64,000 bases of DNA from a virus, in the IMG/VR virus record IMGVR_UViG_3300025298_000103, positions 6,642 through 70,641 of that record, one strand, 5' to 3'. Made by a program: the position numbers and the translations under genes. Of this stretch, positions 57,357 to 64,000 are shown piece by piece (position 1 is the first letter of the stretch; each line of letters begins with the position of its first letter). A model generated the notes under the pieces. That model did no database searches, was not told where the DNA came from, and saw only the letters and a program-made list of their open reading frames with translations.

Positions 57357-57365
57357 GGGGGAGGC

Positions 57366-58091
57366 ATGGAATACGGATTCAGGTCGCGCAACGGTCTGAA
57401 CTTCTTTCAGATTGACAGCGTGAACAGGGTTCTCGGGGTCGCTGCCAGTGGCAGCTACGTGATCGGCAAGCCGCCTGGCGCCCCGCTCACAATCACTTCA
57501 GCAACCATCACTTATCCGGCGGCGATCACCACAGCCGATCCTCCCATGGTGTTCTTAAACCCGACGAATCAGGGCATGTATCACACCCTGGAGAACCTCG
57601 GCAGTTCAGGAAACTGGACCGGCTTTCGTTTTCAGCTGCAGCTGATGCCGCCTTTCAATAGCTCAGACTGCAGTGGTAAGTGGCTGGTGGCGACGTTCCG
57701 TTCAGTGGGACCTCCCAGTGAATACGACATCAGGCTGAGGTCCGCGACTGGAGAGACGATATTTGTAGGCGCGGACAACCTGCTTTCAATGAGAGGGTTT
57801 CCGGTCAATGAAGGGTGGTCGCTCGATAACCGAGGCGAGCAGGTGGGCGCGGTCTACTGGTCAGGCTGCCAGATGCCGTGGACTGGCGACTATGCGGATT
57901 ACTTCCTGGCGTCGACCCTGATCGGCGGGAAAATCTATAACGGCAACTCGACGCTGGAAACACCGTGCGGGTTTCACGCCGGCATCCGCTCCACTCTAAA
58001 CGGTTACGTCGGGGCGCTGGTCAGCTCTGAGGGTGGCACCGCAAAGAATGGGCGAACCACTTTTGCCGTGAGACCGATGCGACCTCTGTAA
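57366..58091 (+). CDS. Tail tip accessory / receptor-binding candidate
   Basis: MEYGFRSRN...QIDS; beta-rich. Confidence 0.65.
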   Translation: MEYGFRSRNGLNFFQIDSVNRVLGVAASGSYVIGKPPGAPLTITSATITYPAAITTADPPMVFLNPTNQGMYHTLENLGSSGNWTGFRFQLQLMPPFNSSDCSGKWLVATFRSVGPPSEYDIRLRSATGETIFVGADNLLSMRGFPVNEGWSLDNRGEQVGAVYWSGCQMPWTGDYADYFLASTLIGGKIYNGNSTLETPCGFHAGIRSTLNGYVGALVSSEGGTAKNGRTTFAVRPMRPL

Positions 58092-58147
58092 TCAGATCCC
58101 TACTACCAAAGCCCTCCTTTTGAGGGCTTCTTTTTTGGAGCAGCCGA

Positions 58148-58654
58148 ATGGCTAAGCAGGTAATTCAGCTCGGTACAGCGCCCACCGGTGTGGGCGGCGA
58201 CACTCCGCGCAGTGCCAACATTAAAATCAACTCCAACTTTGACGAGCTGTACGCTGCTGATGCGGTGAACTACAAGAAGGGCAACATTGTTGGCCCTGTC
58301 TCGCAAAGCGGCGGGGTTCCTACCGGCGCGATCATCGAGTCGGGGAATGGGGTGAACGGTCGGTATACGCGCTGGGCAGATGGGACCCAGCATTGCTGGA
58401 TCACTATGAACTACTACACCGCGATCGATGCCCCGCAGATGGGTGTGTATGTGTCTGGATGGATTGCCTGGAGTTTCCAGGCTCCCTTCATCGCCCGGCC
58501 GAATGTGCTCATAACCGCTCGCGACGACACGTTCCTTTTCGGCTCGAGCGTAAGTGGGACCACTGCGGGTGAGGTCGTGAGATTTGCATCGGCAACCCCG
58601 CTTGCGGCGGGCGCAAAGCTTGCCACTCTTTTTGCCGTTGGGAGGTGGTTCTGA
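58148..58654 (+). CDS. Short tail-fibre-like protein
   Basis: GDTPRSA..KINSNFDELY N-terminus; GAIIESG..NGRYTRWADGTQ. Confidence 0.7.
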   Translation: MAKQVIQLGTAPTGVGGDTPRSANIKINSNFDELYAADAVNYKKGNIVGPVSQSGGVPTGAIIESGNGVNGRYTRWADGTQHCWITMNYYTAIDAPQMGVYVSGWIAWSFQAPFIARPNVLITARDDTFLFGSSVSGTTAGEVVRFASATPLAAGAKLATLFAVGRWF

Positions 58655-59364
58655 TGATTATCAAACTCTGTCCACAGCGCGGCGATGAGCCGTACAACGT
58701 TGTGAAGGATGGCAACACGCTGACGATCAACGGGGTTCTTTTCGATTTCTCGAGGATGAAGCCAGGTGACACGCTGCCCGGCGAAGCCGTTGAATCCATG
58801 TGGTTCAAGCCCGGCCCGGTCGAGATGATCGACAGTGAGCTGGTGGTCACGCTGCGCTTCCCGTTCCCTGCGAACTTCAGCCAGGAGCAGATGTTTCCGC
58901 GCGATCTGATCGCGGTGCCGGACGGGAAGGTTGCATTCCCTGAGCCGCTGCCAGGTGGCGAGCCCGTGGCCGTAGATGACACGTTGACACCATCAGTTGG
59001 ACTGATTGATTGGTCCCAGCTGATCACCGCAGAAATGAATGCGGCGGAGGCCCAGGCTGAACGCCTGGCGGATTCGCGTGTGCAGCTGGCGGCAAGAAAT
59101 GCAACGGCGGCGGCGCAGATCGACCGCATCACAGACCGTATCGAAACACTTGGCTACGGCATTGAAGCCGGCGAAGCCACGCCAGAGGACGCCGCCGAGC
59201 AGGCCGCCCTGGCTGTGAACCTGAAAACCTGGAAGGCCTACAAGTTCGCTTTGGGGAAAGTCACCGCCCAGACGACATGGCCAACCGCGCCGGCCTGGCC
59301 CGTAGAGCCAGCAATTCCGGACATTGCAGCAGCGCCAATGCTGGTCGCCGCTGAAACCGAGTAG
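58654..59364 (+). CDS. Tail fibre assembly-like protein
   Basis: LTINGVLFDFS N-terminal part; WKAYK...WPTAPAWP C-terminal part. Confidence 0.7.
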   Translation: MIIKLCPQRGDEPYNVVKDGNTLTINGVLFDFSRMKPGDTLPGEAVESMWFKPGPVEMIDSELVVTLRFPFPANFSQEQMFPRDLIAVPDGKVAFPEPLPGGEPVAVDDTLTPSVGLIDWSQLITAEMNAAEAQAERLADSRVQLAARNATAAAQIDRITDRIETLGYGIEAGEATPEDAAEQAALAVNLKTWKAYKFALGKVTAQTTWPTAPAWPVEPAIPDIAAAPMLVAAETE

Positions 59365-59423
59365 CGCAATACCGAACGCAAAGTGCCCGCCTTGAGCGGG
59401 CTTTTTTTCGCCTGGAGAAAAGT

Positions 59424-59849
59424 ATGCCGACAACCGAAACGCGCGGGGTGCGCAACCGCAACCCTGGCAACATCGACTACAACCCCGCCAACCAGTGGCA
59501 GGGCCAGCTCCCACCCAACCCAGCGCTTGAGAAGCGGTTCGCACGGTTCGACACACCGGAGAACGGCATCCGCGCACTGGGCAAGCTGCTGCTGACCTAC
59601 CAGCGCAAGCACGGGCTCAAGACGGTGAAGGCGATTATCAGTCGCTGGGCGCCGGCAGTAGAGAACGACACCGCCGCCTACGTGCGCGCCGTCGAGGCCA
59701 ACACCGGTACCCGGCCTGGGGCAGAGATCGATCTGACTCAGGCCCCGGCCATGGCCGGGTTCGTCAAGGCGATCATCCATCACGAAAACGCAGGGTACGA
59801 ATACCCGGCCGCCGTACTGGCTGAAGGCGTGCGGAGGGCGCTGGCATGA
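59424..59849 (+). CDS. Putative endolysin (RGxRNxNPGNI family)
   Basis: RGVRNRNPGNI, RWAPAVENDT, IIHHENA; upstream of the spanins. Confidence 0.75.
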   Translation: MPTTETRGVRNRNPGNIDYNPANQWQGQLPPNPALEKRFARFDTPENGIRALGKLLLTYQRKHGLKTVKAIISRWAPAVENDTAAYVRAVEANTGTRPGAEIDLTQAPAMAGFVKAIIHHENAGYEYPAAVLAEGVRRALA

Positions 59850-60199
59850 GCTACTTCCTCAGGTTGTCCCGCATTCTGGCTACCGCCGCCGATGGCTCTC
59901 TGTGGTTCGAGTGCCCAGGCTGCAAGCAAATGCACAGCATTCAGCATGGTTCAGGCCCCGGCCCCCGGTGGGGGTGGAACGGTAATGTCGACACGCCAAC
60001 GTTTACACCGTCGATTCTTGTTCGCGGCGCTCAGCGTGTAACCGAAGAGGAGCACGCGATCTTGATGGCTGGCGGTCACGTCGAGCCGCGCCCGTTCGTG
60101 TGCCACTCATTCGTGACTGATGGCCGCATTCAATTCCTCGGCGACTGCACGCATGCGCTGGCCGGTCATACCGTGGATCTGCCTGACTGGGAGGACTAG
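59846..60199 (+). CDS. Cys/His-rich protein (DUF6527-like)
   Basis: CPGC..H, WNG..PTFTPSIL, CHSFVTDGRIQFLGDCTH. Confidence 0.75.
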   Translation: MSYFLRLSRILATAADGSLWFECPGCKQMHSIQHGSGPGPRWGWNGNVDTPTFTPSILVRGAQRVTEEEHAILMAGGHVEPRPFVCHSFVTDGRIQFLGDCTHALAGHTVDLPDWED

Positions 60200-60201
60200 C
60201 G

Positions 60202-60735
60202 ATGTTTACGCCATTACAGAAACTGACCGGCGCCCTGGTGCTGGCCGGCCTGCTGATCGCCGCCGGCGCGGGCGTCGCCTGGCAGGTCCAGGATTGGCGC
60301 TTTGGCCGACAACTGGCGGATCAGGCCAGGCAGCACGATGACGACCTGAATCAGCTGAACCTTGCGGCAGCTGCCCGACAGCAGGCCGAGCAGGACAAAC
60401 GCCTGGCCCTGGAGCAGCAGCTGCAGGCCAGCGATCAAACCCATCACAGAGCCCTGACCGATGCCCAACGTGACCAAAGCCGCCTGCGTGACCGCCTTGC
60501 TACTGCTGACCTGCGGCTGTCAGTCCTTGTCGACGCCGCGGATACAGCCAGTAGCTGTGCAGTGCCTGCCACTGCCGCCACCGGCAGCATGGTTCATGGA
60601 GCCCCGCGAGCCCGACTTGACCCGGCGCATGCTCAACGAATTGTCGGCATCACCGACGACGGCGACCAAGGACTGATCGCCTTGCGGGCGTGCCAGGCGT
60701 ATGTACGGGCTATTAATCCGGGTTTGAGTCAATGA
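60202..60735 (+). CDS. Rz i-spanin
   Basis: N-terminal TM helix, coiled coil, LRACQAY. Confidence 0.88.
   Translation: MFTPLQKLTGALVLAGLLIAAGAGVAWQVQDWRFGRQLADQARQHDDDLNQLNLAAAARQQAEQDKRLALEQQLQASDQTHHRALTDAQRDQSRLRDRLATADLRLSVLVDAADTASSCAVPATAATGSMVHGAPRARLDPAHAQRIVGITDDGDQGLIALRACQAYVRAINPGLSQ
60461..60676 (+). CDS. Rz1 o-spanin nested in Rz
   Basis: +1 frame; LLLLTCGC lipobox and Pro-rich CLPLPPPAAWFM. Confidence 0.75.
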   Translation: MPNVTKAACVTALLLLTCGCQSLSTPRIQPVAVQCLPLPPPAAWFMEPREPDLTRRMLNELSASPTTATKD

Positions 60736-60952
60736 TTCGCTGAATCTCAAGTTGCTTTGCTCGACGCACCAAGACAGGCTCAAAGCGAGATTCATATATA
60801 TGCTTTTGCCTTGGTGACATGGAGTCAAAGCCCTGATCAATGACCTGTCTTGCCACTCCCGCCTCATCTGATGCGGGGTCAATCAGGCCCTCATCAACGA
60901 GATCGTCATACGCCAGGCGTAGCTCCTCATTACCGTGATTGTTAAATCCCAT
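60713..60952 (-). CDS. Small hypothetical protein
   Basis: 79 aa; GAGGTGG RBS. Confidence 0.65.
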   Translation of the reverse strand: MGFNNHGNEELRLAYDDLVDEGLIDPASDEAGVARQVIDQGFDSMSPRQKHIYESRFEPVLVRRAKQLEIQRIIDSNPD

Positions 60953-61002
60953 TTTCCACCTCGTTCCGTTGAGTTTTTCTGTCAGCCAATACTGCTGCAG
61001 TA

Positions 61003-61710
61003 TCAGCCGTTATTCACGAACGCCCCGCCGTGAATCTCGCCGATAGGGTCGATCAAGTGAGCCCCTTGGTTCTTCGTGTTGCCCGCGGCTCGGTCGACCT
61101 TGAACCACTCGAACGCTTCGGATGGCTCGCCCTGGTGCATAAGCATCAGCTCGGCCCGCTCCTTGGGTGTCGCCGGATCCAACCATTCCAGGGCCAGCTC
61201 AGGCGCTAGAACCACCGGCCGCCGGTCGTGAATATCGACCATGCCGCCAGCGGAGTCGGCGGTGATGATCACGAAGCCGTCGTGCTCCCGAGGGGGTTCG
61301 TCAGCATGCGGCCAATGGCCAATCGACGCGCATAGGCTGGGCAAACCATCACGTCGCCGGATGTAGTAGGGCTGTTTTCCGCCTTCCTCCACAAGCCATT
61401 CAAACCATCCGTCTATTGGCGTGATCGCTCGATTTGGCCAGGCTGCCCGGTAGTAGGGGTTGTGCGCGACCTTTTCGGAACGGGCATTGGGTTCTGCCCG
61501 ATTGGTTGCCCAGTGCGGTTTCCAGGACCACCTGAGCAGGTCAGCATGTAGCGCGCCGTTTTCCATGTGGAGCAGGGCGATCTGCGTTGTTGGCGGCACG
61601 TTGTACCGCCCTAGCGGCTGATCGCCGACGGTGTTGATCAGGGCTCCGGGCATGCTGAGCACGGCAACAAAGTCGTGGATGCCGTGGTACTGCGCGATAC
61701 GTCCGCACAT
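61003..61710 (-). CDS. SOS response-associated peptidase (SRAP/YedK)
   Basis: MCGR N-terminus, RYNVPPT, NARSE, GWFEW, IHDRRP. Confidence 0.92.
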   Translation of the reverse strand: MCGRIAQYHGIHDFVAVLSMPGALINTVGDQPLGRYNVPPTTQIALLHMENGALHADLLRWSWKPHWATNRAEPNARSEKVAHNPYYRAAWPNRAITPIDGWFEWLVEEGGKQPYYIRRRDGLPSLCASIGHWPHADEPPREHDGFVIITADSAGGMVDIHDRRPVVLAPELALEWLDPATPKERAELMLMHQGEPSEAFEWFKVDRAAGNTKNQGAHLIDPIGEIHGGAFVNNG

Positions 61711-61809
61711 GCTCGCCTCCGAAGTGATGGTCCACTTCATTCAACGTAGACCAACGGGCGGTCCGCTCGTCAGCACCCGATTGATGGTCGGGGCGTCGTA
61801 GGTAATATG

Positions 61810-61825
61810 CTGTATTTTTATACAG
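61810..61825. promoter_or_regulatory. LexA (SOS) box
   Basis: CTGTATTTTTATACAG. Confidence 0.8.
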
Positions 61826-61839
61826 TATTGAGGCTTGCG

Positions 61840-62133
61840 ATGTACTTCCTGATTACCCCGCGCCGACTCTTGGGAGTGGCGCTTACCAAGGAAGAGTTGA
61901 GGCGAACGCCGCCGATTCGCGGCGACATTCACATCTACGAGTGCCAGAACGAGGAGCTTGGTCGGGCGACTTTCAGTGCTTGGGTTTTCAATCCAGGCCC
62001 TGGGCCTGACATTCTCCCGCGGCTTCATGACGTGAAAGTCACAGGGATGGCCCAGAGAGGGATGAACTTGAATGGGGTCGAGCAGATCGGAGACGCCTTT
62101 TATGCTCAGTCGTGGTGGTGTCGTGTTGAATGA
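61840..62133 (+). CDS. Hypothetical protein, probably SOS-regulated
   Basis: GAGG RBS; ends YAQSWWCRVE. Confidence 0.7.
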   Translation: MYFLITPRRLLGVALTKEELRRTPPIRGDIHIYECQNEELGRATFSAWVFNPGPGPDILPRLHDVKVTGMAQRGMNLNGVEQIGDAFYAQSWWCRVE

Positions 62134-62215
62134 GGGGTGGCGTTAGGCTTGTCTGGGGATCAACAGACGAGATCAGCATACCCTGACCTCTCAGTGCTGA
62201 TTAAAAGGGCCCCGG

Positions 62216-63217
62216 CTAAGCGCCGGGGCTTGCCGCCTTAGAAATACTGCTGCTACGCGCCGGCTTTGTCATAAGCCTCAGCAGGGGGCTCTCGAGGTAC
62301 TTGAACGCGATAACCCCGATCAGTAGCGACAGCAGTACCGCGGCTAATACCATTTCTGGACCTGGCTGTCCTGGCCATATCCAGCTGACAACCCATATTG
62401 CGATCGCGTGGAACAAGTAGATTGAGTAGCTGGACTCACCGAGGAATTGCACAACTCTGCCCTTGATAAGTTTGGAATCTTCAAATCCAATGGCGCCCAG
62501 TACCAGGAGAACGCTGGGTATTCCCCAAGCAATAACGCCATCTGAAACAGCGATGTTATGAATTGTAAATAGAAGAATTGAGGCGGCTATAAATAATGCA
62601 GCCTCTGGTTTTTTCGGTCTGTATCCTGACTTTATAGCGTGACCGATTACCAGTCCTGCTGCGAACTCAAGAATTATTTGGTTGAAATAGTACTGCTTAA
62701 TAATCTGTATCTCTGGAAGCGCGGCGCCGAGAGTTATTATCAGACATATGGTTGCCGGTATGGCCAGCCGCCCGATGCACAGCATAAGCCCAAGAACTGC
62801 GTAGAAAAACATTTCATAGTTCAGTGTCCAGCCAGGGTAAAGAACCGGCATGTTAAACCCGGCAGGCGGCGGCGCAAAAAGAAACGACCTTATGATGTGT
62901 TCTGATGATGGCGGAACATCTGGATAGCGTGCGTAGAAGTATGCAACCGCTATTGCTGATGCGATCCAGTACATTGGTATGACTCTAATGCACCGCTTCT
63001 TTAAGAAATCAAAAGGGCTTGTTGTTGGCTTGACGGATAAGTACATGACAACTCCGCTAATCACGAAGAATAAATCTACTCCGGCTGCACCAGCCCTGAA
63101 ATTCATAAAAGGGAATAATGACAAGGCGTGAAATATTACAACTGATATTGCTCCGAGCCCACGCAAAGCCTGTAGTGACTTTAATTGCTTGTTGCTCGTT
63201 TGATTATTGATGTTCAT
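62216..63217 (-). CDS. Acyltransferase-3 (OafA/Oac-like) membrane O-acyltransferase
   Basis: LQALRG, GVDLFFVISG, RCIRVIP, WTLNYEMFFY, SYSIYLFH. Confidence 0.92.
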   Translation of the reverse strand: MNINNQTSNKQLKSLQALRGLGAISVVIFHALSLFPFMNFRAGAAGVDLFFVISGVVMYLSVKPTTSPFDFLKKRCIRVIPMYWIASAIAVAYFYARYPDVPPSSEHIIRSFLFAPPPAGFNMPVLYPGWTLNYEMFFYAVLGLMLCIGRLAIPATICLIITLGAALPEIQIIKQYYFNQIILEFAAGLVIGHAIKSGYRPKKPEAALFIAASILLFTIHNIAVSDGVIAWGIPSVLLVLGAIGFEDSKLIKGRVVQFLGESSYSIYLFHAIAIWVVSWIWPGQPGPEMVLAAVLLSLLIGVIAFKYLESPLLRLMTKPARSSSISKAASPGA

Positions 63218-63460
63218 GTATTTAGTCTGATAGCGGGTGTGATGGCGCGGACCGGAATGTATCAGAAAACAAACAATCCAGACACAGGCGCAGGCATGGA
63301 GGCTGGCTTGACAATGGGTGGCTCGGTCAAACGGGGAGGGGTGACTGGTCGGCAGAACGCCGGAGGAGGGTGATTTTCTTGCCGCAAAAATAATAGACGC
63401 CTTGATTCTATTGGCTTCCAATGCGTCTATTTTTCCTCAGTTGCGGCACGAAAATTAATC

Positions 63461-63473
63461 TAAGTTGTTGATT
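63461..63473 (-). promoter_or_regulatory. IHF-like site next to attR
   Basis: AATCAACAACTTA fits WATCAANNNNTTR. Confidence 0.6.
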
Positions 63474-63489
63474 TACATGCTATCGCCAA

Positions 63490-63566
63490 GGGACTTAAAA
63501 TCCCCCGCTCGTAAGGGCGTGCCGGTTCGATTCCGGCTTCGGGCACCATCTATTTCAAGGGTTTGC
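63490..63566 (+). repeat. attR core (duplicated 3' part of tRNA-Leu)
   Basis: Identical to 7842-7918; lacks the tRNA 5' end. Confidence 0.95.
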
Positions 63567-63763
63567 TGGCGAAAGCTGATGCAAACCCTTGTTCGTTTCC
63601 GGTCTGCACATTCAAATCCGCTCTGCGATTTACGCGGTTGGAGAGGCTTTCTCGTCTTTCTGCTGGCAGAGGTATTTCTCTTTCATCACCACTGGCAAGT
63701 GGTGACGGGCGTATTGCAGAGACGTCTACACCGCTCTGCAGATGGATGTAATAAGGACATTAC

Positions 63764-64000
63764 GTGTTTCGGAAAGTGATTCTGTTGCTGCTGATCAGTT
63801 GCTTGAGCGGCTGCGCCGCAGTGGCGATGCGCATGGACTACGACCACCCTTGCCCCTACAAGGGCGTGCGCCTGGACTGGTGGTTGGTCGGCACCTCCCA
63901 TGGAAAGCTGATTCCCTTTTTACTGATCGACGCGCCGTTTTCCCTGGTGGTCGATACAGTGTTCTTCCCCTTCGAGTATCAGTACAGCTGCAACGACTAA
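63764..64000 (+). CDS. YceK/YidQ-family lipoprotein (host side)
   Basis: Lipobox LSGC; PYKGVRLD, IDAPFSLVVDT. Confidence 0.8.
   Translation: MFRKVILLLLISCLSGCAAVAMRMDYDHPCPYKGVRLDWWLVGTSHGKLIPFLLIDAPFSLVVDTVFFPFEYQYSCND

Larger units (their letters stand above)
7842..63566. mobile_element. Lambdoid siphovirus-type prophage (~55.7 kb) integrated at tRNA-Leu
   Basis: 77-bp att direct repeat, integrase at attL, and immunity, replication, head, tail and lysis modules. Confidence 0.96.

Noticed and set aside
53782-59364. DGR or invertase-type tail fibre switching
   Set aside because: No reverse transcriptase, invertase or template/variable repeat pair visible.
63490-63548. Second tRNA-Leu, and the overlapping ORFs 63465-63779 and 7621-7935
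   Set aside because: This is the attR duplication without a tRNA 5' end; the ORFs merely overlap tRNA sequence.
1-64000. CRISPR array or IS element
   Set aside because: No regularly spaced repeat-spacer array and no transposase seen.

Overview
Pseudomonas-type chromosome window. About 55.7 kb (7842-63566) is an apparently complete lambdoid siphovirus prophage integrated at the 3' end of tRNA-Leu(TAA), bounded by a perfect 77-bp attL/attR repeat. Gene order: int/xis, two DNA methyltransferases, YqaJ/RecT, ParB-like, cI/cro/cII with operators, replication, nin, Q, holin, terminase/portal/head, lambda-like tail with a -1 frameshift chaperone, endolysin/Rz/Rz1, SRAP and an acyltransferase next to attR. 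More than a dozen accessory 'moron' genes are interspersed, including HEPN-like, PD-(D/E)XK-like, membrane and lipoprotein genes. Two intergenic regions look like structured non-coding RNAs: a pseudoknot-containing ~230-nt element after Q/pR' (33044-33272) and tandem tRNA-like folds in the pL transcript (22277-22816). Left of the prophage is a patchwork of older integration relics: a dusA 5' remnant with a ParA gene beyond it, a tRNA-Cys 3'-half att with further degenerate copies of its flank, an AidA/PixA gene, and usher-less fimbrial genes, one frameshifted in an A6 tract. All family calls come from motif recognition by eye. No database search or folding program was run.
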